Origin: a virus
DNA: 25,891 bases
Direction: 5' to 3' (one strand)
Virus genome (UHGV): UHGV-1543656
Positions 9,217 through 17,823 of this stretch are shown here, piece by piece. The translations under genes were made by a program, and so were the position numbers. The notes beneath the pieces are model-generated. The model was given only the letters and a program-made list of their open reading frames with translations. It made no database searches and was not told where the DNA came from. Each line of letters opens with the position of its first letter. Within the stretch, counting starts at the first letter, position 1.

Positions 9217-9990
9217 ATGATTTACTCTAACCAAATCAAATATAGTGGCAAAGACGGCATCTATTTCCACTTAAGAGATAATGTAGATGCCTTCTTAACC
9301 TTATCAGCAACTGAAAACATGGAATTTGATAGTCCTATGCAGGTGACTACACAGAACATGCAATCAGGACAAACCGTTACAGATAATGTGCAAAGAGCAC
9401 CCAGAACAATCACTATTAGTGGTGTCGTTGTAGTTGGCTATGAAGGAAGCTTATTATTAACTCGTCAGGGTCAATTAGTAGAAAACTTCATCGACACTCT
9501 TGAAAGCTGGCGTGACCAGAAACAGATTATTTCGGTCATCTGTAAAGACGGAATTAAAATTGACGATTCCATTATTACGAGTTTTAAAGCCTCTAAAGAT
9601 GTGGGGATTTCAAACGGTCTAAGAATCCAGCTAACTTTTCAGGAAATTAACTTCAAAGCTATTGTTGGTCAGACTGATATTTCTGCTGCAACTGGAAAGA
9701 CTGCTACCACGAATGATGGTGGTGCAACTTCTAAGAAGAACACTGGTAACACTACGACAAGTCTAGGTAATGGTATGTTGCTGTGTCAGGAGCTATATAA
9801 TCGCTCTACGAGTGAACTCACTAATGAGCAACTTCAAGCCCGTATCAATTGTGGTAAAAGTGTCAAAGTTGAGAATGGAAAAAGCACCTTCTCAGATGCC
9901 GCTAATGCGCAAGCTTCAAAGGTGCTTAATAATGCTGGTACAGGTAGTACTTTGAAGAAATTTTCTGTGAATCCTAACAAGCGATTCTGA
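9217..9990 (+). CDS. Hypothetical protein, possibly virion or tail-tip associated
   Basis: Track ORF 9196..9990; start moved to the ATG at 9217 (MIYSNQ), which has an AAGGGG RBS. Beta-rich N-terminal half and a Thr/Gly/Asn-rich linker. Functional guess rests only on its position after the tape-measure-domain gene. Confidence 0.4.
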   Translation: MIYSNQIKYSGKDGIYFHLRDNVDAFLTLSATENMEFDSPMQVTTQNMQSGQTVTDNVQRAPRTITISGVVVVGYEGSLLLTRQGQLVENFIDTLESWRDQKQIISVICKDGIKIDDSIITSFKASKDVGISNGLRIQLTFQEINFKAIVGQTDISAATGKTATTNDGGATSKKNTGNTTTSLGNGMLLCQELYNRSTSELTNEQLQARINCGKSVKVENGKSTFSDAANAQASKVLNNAGTGSTLKKFSVNPNKRF

Positions 9991-10004
9991 CGATAGAATC
10001 TCAA

Positions 10005-11528
10005 CTATATGATAACCTCATCAACATCTATCAACCCCCTCTCAGTGACTTCAGAAAGCGACTGTATAGCCTCTGTAACGTCCTCTGAGGGGGTTTCTGT
10101 TATTGGTAGGGTGATTGACTTACTATTGTGAAAAGTTACTTTACAGCGACGTTTAGCAGTATTTAAAATGACCTCTTTAACAGCACTTTTGATTATCAGT
10201 TGTGCTTCAATCCTTCCCGCCTTTGTAGTCAAGTCACAATCAGACAAACAACCAACATCAATAGATTTAAGGCGTTGTGTCTCCTTCTCGATATCCGCAT
10301 CAACCTGTGATAGCTCACCTTTTAACTGTTTTAGTTTGCTGGTAATAGCGGACAAGTCTTCAATTTCAAGTGATAGCTGTACCAGCTTTTCAATATTGCT
10401 TGAGATGTGTTCACGGTGTAGCTTCAGTGTGTCTATGGTATTCGTCATATCGCTATCAAATCGGTCTATACGGGATAGCAGGGCAAGCAATGTACCATCG
10501 GTTTGCTTACGTGAAAGTCCTTTAGCACTACAACGGTTTTCATTACGAAGAGGACAACGATAAATCCCGTTTCTTGTATCGCTAAAGCCTGTGATAATCA
10601 AAGCATGACCACATTCAGAACAACGGATAACACCTTTGAAAAGATTCACACTCAATGGTTTATCTGAAGCAGGCTTTCTTCCATAACGAGAATATGATAG
10701 TTGCTGGACTTTGTAGAAATCAGTCTCAGGGATGATAGGGGGGAAATAACCAGCTATCTCCTCACAGCCTTTAGGTGTGAAGTAACCAATTACAGAGCGA
10801 TTTTTCAGAAGGTCTTGCACTGAGGTTTGACCAAACTTACCTGCTTTGTACTGGTTAAGTGTCTGGTGACCTTCATCATTAAGAGTCCTGACAATCTCCC
10901 AAATAGACTTACCCTCTAACCGTAATTGAAAGCACCTCTTCACAGTTTCTACCTTCTCAGGTATCACAGAGAAGGTCTTACGGTCATCATTAAGCTTAAG
11001 CCATGCAGGACAACGCTTATAAATCTTGATACCGGCTTTAGCAGCTTCTTTCTTTGCATCCCATGCAGCTTGGATACGTTCAGATTTACGCAAACTCTCC
11101 TCATGCGACCGCTGCATTATCAAAATGCTTTTAATCAGAGCTAACGGGTCTTTTAAGCTTTCCTTTGTGTAATGTTCACCATCGGACAAGGTGACCACAT
11201 CTACACCAGAGCGAAGAATGTTTCTGAGTAGCTCACTTGCTTGGTCTACATCTTGACGTGACAGACGGTCAAGAGATTCTATCAAGAGCGTATCACCAGC
11301 TTTAACAAGCCCTTTCTCGATAGCGGTTAAAAAGTCACCTAAGCCACCTTTCAAGTGCTTACCAGTGAACCCACTCACCCCCAAATCACGAAAAGATAAA
11401 TCTTGGTCAAGGTAGTACTCAGGATGAGCCTTAAGCCAGTCATTAACCATCTTAGACTGTCGGCGTAATGAATCACCTCGGGATTGCTTCTCAGATGAAA
11501 ACCTGATGTAAGAAATGGCACGTTTCAT
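10005..11528 (-). CDS. Large serine recombinase (integrase)
   Basis: N-terminal resolvase-type catalytic domain (YIRFSSEKQ with the catalytic Ser, then SLDRLSR). Followed by a recombinase domain, a Cys-rich zinc ribbon (CSECGH...YRC) and a C-terminal coiled coil. Sits next to attR. Confidence 0.9.
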   Translation of the reverse strand: MKRAISYIRFSSEKQSRGDSLRRQSKMVNDWLKAHPEYYLDQDLSFRDLGVSGFTGKHLKGGLGDFLTAIEKGLVKAGDTLLIESLDRLSRQDVDQASELLRNILRSGVDVVTLSDGEHYTKESLKDPLALIKSILIMQRSHEESLRKSERIQAAWDAKKEAAKAGIKIYKRCPAWLKLNDDRKTFSVIPEKVETVKRCFQLRLEGKSIWEIVRTLNDEGHQTLNQYKAGKFGQTSVQDLLKNRSVIGYFTPKGCEEIAGYFPPIIPETDFYKVQQLSYSRYGRKPASDKPLSVNLFKGVIRCSECGHALIITGFSDTRNGIYRCPLRNENRCSAKGLSRKQTDGTLLALLSRIDRFDSDMTNTIDTLKLHREHISSNIEKLVQLSLEIEDLSAITSKLKQLKGELSQVDADIEKETQRLKSIDVGCLSDCDLTTKAGRIEAQLIIKSAVKEVILNTAKRRCKVTFHNSKSITLPITETPSEDVTEAIQSLSEVTERGLIDVDEVII

Positions 11529-11578
11529 TGTTCACCTCAAAACTGATGCCCTAGATTGTATCGTTTTAGATGGTGTAT

Positions 11579-11980
11579 TTAAACGTGTCTAATAAAAATC
11601 ACCCGATTAACGCCGCGCTGATGTAAACCGCGATTAAGCGTTTGTTCCTCTTCCCCTTTGGCGAAAAACTGTGGATGGCGGACTTCCACCCCATAATTAA
11701 ATTCACCGGGAAGAGAATCGAGAAAATGCCAAAGCGCAGGCAGCTCCCGTGGGCCGAATGTGGCAGGCAGTTGCAGCCAGTATTGTCCAATGCGCGGAGC
11801 CAACGGTGACATGCGGGTCAAAAATTCAGTCACTAAATCATCGCAATGCCGTAATGCTGCCTGATGCGAAATGGTCGCCGGAAACTTAAAACAGAAGCGG
11901 AAGTCATCTGTGGTCTGCTCACGCCAGCGCAGGACAACCTCGGGTTTCGGCAGGGCATAAAGCGTGGTGTTACCCTCCAC
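11579..11980 (-). pseudogene. yecE: 5'-proximal fragment of the host DUF72-family gene, truncated at its 5' end by the prophage and at its 3' end by the serine-integrase element
   Basis: Track ORF starts at a GTG. The in-frame upstream sequence has no ATG back to a stop at about 12038. NCVEGNTTLYALP matches the conserved N-terminal motif of DUF72 proteins. It continues in frame into 53..403 once the insertion is removed. Confidence 0.6.
11595..11601. repeat. attR core (AAAATCA) of the serine-integrase element
   Basis: Junction read aataAAAATCAcccgatt: element sequence to the left, host sequence to the right. Confidence 0.6.
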
Positions 11981-12006
11981 GCAGTTAACATGACGGGTAT
12001 TAAGGA

Positions 12007-13320
12007 TTAACTTACTGATTTTAATAAGCCTCTGGTGTCACTTTGGTGACTATGGGGCATCATTGGGACATAATCTGTCAGCTTCTGATTCAGCATTGCG
12101 ATCTGTTCTGCATTGCTGTCAGTCATCCATGCTCCGTATACATTGAATACCATCTGGGCACTTGCATGGCCCATCTGGCTGGCAATGAAGCTTGGGTTTG
12201 CTCCGGCAGATAATGACCAGCACGCATAAGTGTGTCGTGACTGGTATGCCTTTCGATGCCTGATCCCTGCACGCTTAATGGCTGTTTCCCATGAGTCACC
12301 TACAGAATCGACTTTGTAGACAAAACCTACCTGTTCGCTTTTTCTAACCACTTGAGGGTTAAACACGAAAGTACATTCATGGTTCACTGAACGTCCATAT
12401 TCACGTAGTTGCACCTTGATGTTGTACTGCTTACCCAGTCTTGTCATTTCAGCCTGATTTTTCAGGACACTGATAGCGGGCTGGATAAGGTGCACAACCC
12501 TGTTTGTGCTTGCTTCAGTTTTCGGTAGAGTGAACTCACCAAGTTTCGTATAATTGCGCCTGATGGTAATTGTTCCTGCCTTCAGATCGATATCTTCCCA
12601 GGCCAGGGAGACCAGTTCACCGTGACGCATTCCTGTGTACACAGCCAATGACCACAGGTTTTTCGTCTGCTGATGTCGGCAAGCATCTATCAGGCGAATA
12701 AATTCGTCACGAGTTAGCGGATCTGGCTCTGCCCTGGCTCTTTTAAGAGGCTTAATTCCCTGGAAGGGATTTGCTTCTAAGTAACCGTGATCTGCAGCAA
12801 ACTGAAACATTCCAGCGATTGTCGTCATGTAATAATTTACAGTAACGACGCTCCGTCCTTTTGCTGCTGCTTTGTTTTTCGTTGAATTCTGATACCCGGT
12901 CAGCAAATCTTTCCTGATATACAGCAATTCCTCTTTGGTTACCGATGACACCAGTTTACTGCCTCCAATTTTCGGAACCATCGTTCTTGCAACGGATTCA
13001 TAGCGATTGAATGCATTTGCAGAGATTTCCATTCGTTTCAGATCCAGCCACTTTTCTTCAAGTTCCTTCACCGTAATTTCTTTTTTACTTACCCCAAAAG
13101 CCTGAAGGTTGGGGGAGTCAGGGAACTGTGCAGCATAATCAAAGCTTCCTGTGCGGATGGCAAAACATACTGATGTCCGCAGTTCCCCGGCGATCTTCCT
13201 GTTCTTGGCAGTGTCAGGGACACCAAGATTTTCCCTGACACGTTTACCTTTAAAATTAAACCAGATGCGTAATGTGCCGCCGTGGTTTTCGACGCCTGTT
13301 GGATATTTGACTTTATCCAT
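12007..13320 (-). CDS. int: Tyrosine-type phage integrase
   Basis: C-terminal catalytic region HRKAYQSRHTYACWSL...GHASAQMVFNVYGAWM carries the R..HxxR..Y signature. Located at the prophage end next to xis. Confidence 0.9.
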   Translation of the reverse strand: MDKVKYPTGVENHGGTLRIWFNFKGKRVRENLGVPDTAKNRKIAGELRTSVCFAIRTGSFDYAAQFPDSPNLQAFGVSKKEITVKELEEKWLDLKRMEISANAFNRYESVARTMVPKIGGSKLVSSVTKEELLYIRKDLLTGYQNSTKNKAAAKGRSVVTVNYYMTTIAGMFQFAADHGYLEANPFQGIKPLKRARAEPDPLTRDEFIRLIDACRHQQTKNLWSLAVYTGMRHGELVSLAWEDIDLKAGTITIRRNYTKLGEFTLPKTEASTNRVVHLIQPAISVLKNQAEMTRLGKQYNIKVQLREYGRSVNHECTFVFNPQVVRKSEQVGFVYKVDSVGDSWETAIKRAGIRHRKAYQSRHTYACWSLSAGANPSFIASQMGHASAQMVFNVYGAWMTDSNAEQIAMLNQKLTDYVPMMPHSHQSDTRGLLKSVS

Positions 13321-13375
13321 CGATACCTCCAGACGCCCAAGAGCGATACGAGCTTACATATTTCATGATATTAAA

Positions 13376-13612
13376 TCACCTGGGTTGTTTGTTTTTCATT
13401 GAGGCGACCCAGGCATCTATTGCTTTTCTGTTATACATACATTCACTGGAAGGCTTTGGATTACCGTCTGGTGATACGTGAATATACTCTCTTCCAACCA
13501 TCCAGCATTCTTTCCGGGCCCGAAGAATTGTGCCTGGTTTGAGCCCGGTAATTGCGATAAGAACGCTTTCACAAACCCATTCATTGGGAGCCAGTTGAAT
13601 CACATTGCCCAT
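13376..13612 (-). CDS. xis: Excisionase-like protein
   Basis: 78 aa, immediately upstream of int. WVCESVLIAITGLKPGTILRARKECWMVGREY resembles the small excisionase family of E. coli lambdoid prophages. Confidence 0.7.
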   Translation of the reverse strand: MGNVIQLAPNEWVCESVLIAITGLKPGTILRARKECWMVGREYIHVSPDGNPKPSSECMYNRKAIDAWVASMKNKQPR

Positions 13613-13620
13613 GTATTACC

Positions 13621-13767
13621 TCACACAACACTCAGCCCACGGCAGTGGCACCACACTTCAAACATTCGTTTCACAATTTCACGACAGTAGAAGCCGTCAA
13701 CATCTCGCGTCAGGTCATAGCGATTGCCGTAACGCTGGCGCACCCATAGCTCAAACGCTTTATTCAT
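13621..13767 (-). CDS. 48-aa Cys-rich small protein (MNKAFELWVRQRYGNRYDLTRDVDGFYCREIVKRMFEVWCHCRGLSVV)
   Basis: Below the track cut-off. AAGGAAG RBS 6 nt upstream. Its stop overlaps the xis RBS (GTGTGAGGTAATACATG). Confidence 0.4.
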   Translation of the reverse strand: MNKAFELWVRQRYGNRYDLTRDVDGFYCREIVKRMFEVWCHCRGLSVV

Positions 13768-13770
13768 TCT

Positions 13771-14010
13771 TTACTTCCTTTTCATGGCCCGTAATTTTTT
13801 CAGATGAGCCTCCTGCTCTGTTTCTGCCAGAATTTGTCGGTATTCCTGGTGATCAATCCGTTCAAACAGTTCATTGAAATCGTTTATTTTTACTGACTGT
13901 GTTCGCCCATCAATTCTTCTGTACAACACAGTGTTGTTTATGCAGCGAATAATTATTACCGGGTAACCGGCACTGTCGGTATACAGTTGTCCCTGATTAA
14001 TCAAAGCGAA
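13771..14010 (-). CDS. Hypothetical protein
   Basis: Track ORF 13771..14136; start moved to the internal ATG (MFALINQ) with an AGGAG RBS, which removes the overlap with the upstream gene. Confidence 0.5.
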   Translation of the reverse strand, partial: FALINQGQLYTDSAGYPVIIIRCINNTVLYRRIDGRTQSVKINDFNELFERIDHQEYRQILAETEQEAHLKKLRAMKRK

Positions 14011-14044
14011 CATTTTTTCTCCTGCTCTCTGAATAGTGAGAACT

Positions 14045-14350
14045 TCAGAGCCGTATGTTTGTAGCGGGTTCAATACTGATAATTTCTGCTGAGATAAGCA
14101 TCCCGGCAAGCCAGAGCTCTCCGGACAGGTCTTCATCCTGGCATGTCAGTTCGCCAATATTAATGGTGGCCATGATATCTGTTTCCCCTGTACGCTCATC
14201 CTCGACTTCTTCATAAGGCAGCGTTGCGTACAGGCTTTCAATAGCGCAACTGATAACATCGAGTCCGGTCAGGTTGCCACCGACAGTGACTTCGAATGTT
14301 TCGCGGTATTCCCATTGCCCGAAAGTTAATCGAACGGTTTGTTTCGCCAT
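14045..14350 (-). CDS. Acidic hypothetical protein
   Basis: Track ORF 14045..14386; start is likely the internal ATG at 14350 (MAKQTV). Confidence 0.45.
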   Translation of the reverse strand: MAKQTVRLTFGQWEYRETFEVTVGGNLTGLDVISCAIESLYATLPYEEVEDERTGETDIMATINIGELTCQDEDLSGELWLAGMLISAEIISIEPATNIRL

Positions 14351-14457
14351 GCGTCCGCATGACGTCAGATTTGGGTCATAGTTCATTATTTGCGGTTGAG
14401 TATTATGAGTGTTTATCTGCTTTTCCCTTAGCCCGACGGCCTGCCGGGCATATTAAG

Positions 14458-15285
14458 TTATTTAACCTGGATAAATGGTGTATTGGCACCGCTGGTCATG
14501 TATTGCGGCAGCGTGCCGTTCCATTTATTGATGGCTTCCAGCTCCATAACACCGGGGTTCTGACGCAGAGCTTCACCGCGTAAACGAATAGCATCGGCTT
14601 CAGCCTGGGCTTTTGTGCGAATCGCATCAGCCTGTCCGGCAGCTTCCGCGCGCAACATGTTGGCTTCCGCTTCGCGCTGTTTTACTTCCTGCTCGCGTTG
14701 CAGAGTTTTCTGGTTCGCCGTGACTTTGGCATTAATGCTGTCGATAACAGTAGGCGGGTACTCCGGCTTACCCACATATGAGAGGCTTATTACCTGAATA
14801 CCGATGGGCGTCATTTCTTCCTGAATGTCTTTAAGAGCTGCATCCAGCAGCTCAGACTTGCCGCCGTCGATAAATTTGTCGGTGGTCATTTTGCTGGCCA
14901 GTCGGTTGAGTGCGTCGGCTATCTTCTGGCGCAGGTCGGTGTCGGTAATGTCGTCCACGCCTTTGCGGTAGGTCTGAAAGACTGTGGTAACTTTGGATGG
15001 ATCAACCTTGTAGGCTACTCCGATGTGGTAACCAATGGTTGTTCCATCGCTCATCTGGAAACTGAATGGATCATCGTAGGTCTTCATCTGCTTAAAGGTC
15101 GGGAAGATATAAACTTCAGTGTTCCAGCCTGTCCAGTAGCGACCAACACCGACCACTTCACCGACGCCTTTGTCGTCGCCAAGTTTGTTGACTTTGATGC
15201 CCACATTACCAGGCTCAACACGATCACAACCGACAAGGCCAATGGCAGGCAGAACAATGGCTAAAGAAAAAATAATTTTTTTCAT
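14458..15285 (-). CDS. SPFH/band-7 (prohibitin-family) lipoprotein
   Basis: Signal peptide with lipobox LVGC. SPFH-like core beginning VEPGNVGIKV, followed by an Ala/Glu/Arg-rich helical tail. AAGGA RBS. Confidence 0.75.
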   Translation of the reverse strand: MKKIIFSLAIVLPAIGLVGCDRVEPGNVGIKVNKLGDDKGVGEVVGVGRYWTGWNTEVYIFPTFKQMKTYDDPFSFQMSDGTTIGYHIGVAYKVDPSKVTTVFQTYRKGVDDITDTDLRQKIADALNRLASKMTTDKFIDGGKSELLDAALKDIQEEMTPIGIQVISLSYVGKPEYPPTVIDSINAKVTANQKTLQREQEVKQREAEANMLRAEAAGQADAIRTKAQAEADAIRLRGEALRQNPGVMELEAINKWNGTLPQYMTSGANTPFIQVK

Positions 15286-15470
15286 CTTTTATCCTTAGTG
15301 AAAGAAAGCCCCTTATAAATGGTATAAATACATGGCGGGGTTAGAAACGTCAGTGCAAAGCCAGAAATCACCGCTACCGTATCCTTCATTGATATCAGAA
15401 ACGGGACGAGCAATCCGTAAATACATGCGATAATTGCCAGTGATATAACTATTCTGAAATAAATGTTCAT
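15282..15470 (-). CDS. Small membrane protein (two predicted TM helices), translationally coupled to the SPFH gene
   Basis: AGGAGG RBS. Its stop overlaps the SPFH start codon (ATGA). Confidence 0.6.
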   Translation of the reverse strand: MNIYFRIVISLAIIACIYGLLVPFLISMKDTVAVISGFALTFLTPPCIYTIYKGLSFTKDKR

Positions 15471-15530
15471 GGTCCTCCTGCTGTATTCAGCTTGCCTTAT
15501 TTAATTGCGTCATGGTTAATTTCGTTTACG

Positions 15531-15923
15531 TCAGAATGGTTTTGTTGCCATCAGTTCGTAATATCCGGCGCTCCATGTGTCATATTTTCTGAACCATTTT
15601 TCTGTATACTGTTTCCTGGCGATGAGTCTGCGCAGTCGTCTGATTGTTCGCTGGTGTGCGCGGGTGTACTCTGTGGTTGATTCTCCACGTTTCCATATTT
15701 CATTCCCGTTGAAGATAAAACGCTTGTCAGGATGGCGTTGTCGGAATCCTGAACGTTCAAAAGCGCGGGTGGTCATAAAGAATGCCAGGTAACGAATTGC
15801 CGTTTTTCGAGTGAGGCATTTTTTTGTTCTTCCGTGATGTGTTACAAAAAATAACGGGCCGACGGGTGTATCATGTTTCTGTAATGCCTGGTCAATGGCG
15901 CTGGCGGTGCGGTTGTCGATCAT
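15531..15923 (-). CDS. Basic hypothetical protein
   Basis: Track ORF; Arg/Lys-rich C-terminal half; sits inside the leftward operon. Confidence 0.45.
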   Translation of the reverse strand: MIDNRTASAIDQALQKHDTPVGPLFFVTHHGRTKKCLTRKTAIRYLAFFMTTRAFERSGFRQRHPDKRFIFNGNEIWKRGESTTEYTRAHQRTIRRLRRLIARKQYTEKWFRKYDTWSAGYYELMATKPF

Positions 15924-16138
15924 TTCTTTATTTCTCCCGAATAACGTTCATGACTCATTATTTCCCAGTTCCGGCCGTCGTCTTTCGATAACAGCCGCCA
16001 GCGACGGTTAACCTTCAGACTGAGATATCCGTTGCGCTGTATCCGATGCGGGAATATACGTCGGCATCTGTACCGCCGCAGGACCAGCAACGCCTGCTGG
16101 TGGACCCACTCAGGAATTCGCGTTGCTGTTAATGTCAC
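15920..16138 (-). CDS. Hypothetical protein (uncertain)
   Basis: Stop overlaps the downstream start (ATGA). Arg-rich, and its 5' end overlaps the upstream gene. Confidence 0.3.
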   Translation of the reverse strand: MTLTATRIPEWVHQQALLVLRRYRCRRIFPHRIQRNGYLSLKVNRRWRLLSKDDGRNWEIMSHERYSGEIKK

Positions 16139-16325
16139 TGGTTTCCTCCTGAGCAGGTGCTGTTATCTGATACCCCGCTCTTTCTGCCAGCCATATGAAT
16201 GTATCCATGCTGGCAATCAGCTCTCCATCGCGGACTTTGCAGACATCTGTTACCTGGCCATTTTCAATTGTCATAACGATCTGCACTTTTTCGTGCACAA
16301 CAGATACAGGGGATAAATTAGCCAT
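16110..16325 (-). CDS. Hypothetical protein
   Basis: GGAGG RBS. Start overlaps the upstream stop (TGATG). Confidence 0.5.
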   Translation of the reverse strand: MANLSPVSVVHEKVQIVMTIENGQVTDVCKVRDGELIASMDTFIWLAERAGYQITAPAQEETSDINSNANS

Positions 16326-16684
16326 CAGTTAATTCCTCCGCTGATATATTTTTCTTTCGCGTAATCAATAACCTCTTGTAAAAGGTTGTCTATAATTAAC
16401 TTTCCGGTTTCAGCCTGGTATTCAGTATGTTGATTAATCCCGATGGCATTCTGGTATGCAGTTCGGAATTCTGTTTCACCCTCCACTCGACCCAATTCAC
16501 CACGGGTAATATCTTCAAAGCGCAACAGCAACTGGTTTATAAACTGTTCTGTTATTTCTATGGTCGTAATGTTCCCATCCAGAAGGTCAACAATAAGCAG
16601 ATCACCACCTGTTTTACGTTTTATTCGATGGAGTGCTGCAACAGCTATACGGCGACGATATGTATTAATGGGTTCATGTGTCAT
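16325..16684 (-). CDS. Hypothetical protein
   Basis: Track ORF within the coupled leftward operon. Confidence 0.5.
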   Translation of the reverse strand: MTHEPINTYRRRIAVAALHRIKRKTGGDLLIVDLLDGNITTIEITEQFINQLLLRFEDITRGELGRVEGETEFRTAYQNAIGINQHTEYQAETGKLIIDNLLQEVIDYAKEKYISGGIN

Positions 16685-16687
16685 TTG

Positions 16688-16801
16688 TTATTTCCCGTAT
16701 GCTTTACGCAGAAATAAGCAGGCAATATGCATGTAATTTTCACCGTATTGTGCAATAAGACAGGCGGTCTTGTGTGATGCCATATTCTTTATAAAAGTCA
16801 T
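16688..16801 (-). CDS. 37-aa small protein (MTFIKNMASHKTACLIAQYGENYMHIACLFLRKAYGK)
   Basis: Below the track cut-off. Strong CAGGAGGA RBS 7 nt upstream. Its stop lies 3 nt before the next start. Confidence 0.35.
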   Translation of the reverse strand: MTFIKNMASHKTACLIAQYGENYMHIACLFLRKAYGK

Positions 16802-16879
16802 AATAAATCCTCCTGTGGATTAAGATTGTAACAATCCCCGGCGATAAAACCGCAATAAACGTTCAGAGCATATTTGTTG

Positions 16880-17245
16880 TTATTGCGCTAATTCTTTTTC
16901 GGCAGCAGTTTTTGCATACTCACATGCAAAATTCAGAATTTCGCTGCCGAGTGTTTTCGTTTCGTGATTACTGGACATATGTAATACCTGTGTTGCATGC
17001 AATAAATGATAAACATTTACCGCAAATGAATCAGGCTCCAGACAAATGCCTTCGTAATTATCTTGCTGTGAGGTTGTTTCTGTCATTGCTTCTGAAGTGC
17101 ATGCGAGCCTGTTTTTGACAATTCTCTTTCCTCTAATCACTATATCGGCAACATCTATTGCCTTTACAACCTCCGGGAGAAGTTCCGGGTTTGTATAATC
17201 AAAGTCATCAACATGGAGAACAGTTATGTTTTCGAACTTTTTCAT
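16880..17245 (-). CDS. Hypothetical protein
   Basis: Track ORF in the leftward operon. Confidence 0.5.
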   Translation of the reverse strand: MKKFENITVLHVDDFDYTNPELLPEVVKAIDVADIVIRGKRIVKNRLACTSEAMTETTSQQDNYEGICLEPDSFAVNVYHLLHATQVLHMSSNHETKTLGSEILNFACEYAKTAAEKELAQ

Positions 17246-17424
17246 GGCTTCCTCAGCTGACTTATATGTCCTGCTATATAGCGAGTCTCAGAAGTGTTTT
17301 CATATTGAGACTGTTTCCGCAATGATTGATAATCAGTTACCGGATGCTTATCCGTGTCCGGCGCACGACCACACGTAGCCGCGTGTTGGTCCCCATTTTC
17401 AATTCAGCTCTCAATGGAGGATAA

Positions 17425-17652
17425 ATGATTAACGCAGAGCAACTCGAAAAAGAGATTTCAGAACTCAAAAAAGAATTAATTTGGCACAAAGTTGCTATCT
17501 CCGCATTAATTCGTCAGGTAGTTTCACCTGAAGATAAAGTAAAGTTTATGAAGCAGTTCTCATCTTCATCAAAGGAGTTTTTCACTGACGAGGTTCATCC
17601 AGAGGCTGGATTTTGGATCCGTCAATTATTTTCGCAAGATAAGCGTAAATAG
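17425..17652 (+). CDS. Hypothetical protein on the opposite strand to the surrounding operon
   Basis: Strong GGAGG RBS 5 nt upstream. Its 3' end overlaps the 3' end of the convergent gene 17582..17823 by about 70 nt. Confidence 0.45.
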   Translation: MINAEQLEKEISELKKELIWHKVAISALIRQVVSPEDKVKFMKQFSSSSKEFFTDEVHPEAGFWIRQLFSQDKRK

Positions 17653-17823
17653 CGTCATCAATACTCGCGTCGCTCTTGAATTTAAGAGCGATGCTCTTTA
17701 TATCCTCTGAAATTATTACCAGATCACCATATGTTATATTTTTATTATTGCGCGCAGTGCTTTTTTGTATGAAATCAAGCAATTCACCAATGAGACAAAT
17801 ATGGTAAGCATCACAGTTTTTCA
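17582..17823 (-). CDS. Hypothetical protein
   Basis: Track ORF 17582..17866; start moved to the internal ATG (MKNCDAY), which overlaps the upstream stop (ATGA). Confidence 0.4.

Larger units (their letters stand above)
393..11601. mobile_element. Integrative element (~11.2 kb, AT-rich) inserted in the host DUF72 gene; serine-recombinase driven; satellite-like or small integrative island
   Basis: Direct 7-bp core AAAATCA at both junctions (393-399 and 11595-11601). Imperfect inverted arms GTGTATTTA(A/G)AC flank the reconstructed attP. Large serine recombinase gene sits at the right end. Base composition is visibly more AT-rich than the flanking prophage. Confidence 0.75.

Noticed and set aside
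10025-10091. Hairpin plus U-run as a terminator for the rightward operon
   Set aside because: The stem is imperfect with a loop of about 35 nt, and it lies within the 3' end of the recombinase coding sequence, so it is too weak to call.
13089-13402. Track ORFs of 83 aa on both strands
   Set aside because: They overlap the integrase 5' end and the int-xis intergenic region and have no RBS; judged spurious.
16032-16316. 94-aa plus-strand ORF
   Set aside because: Cys/Arg-rich antisense reading across coupled minus-strand genes.
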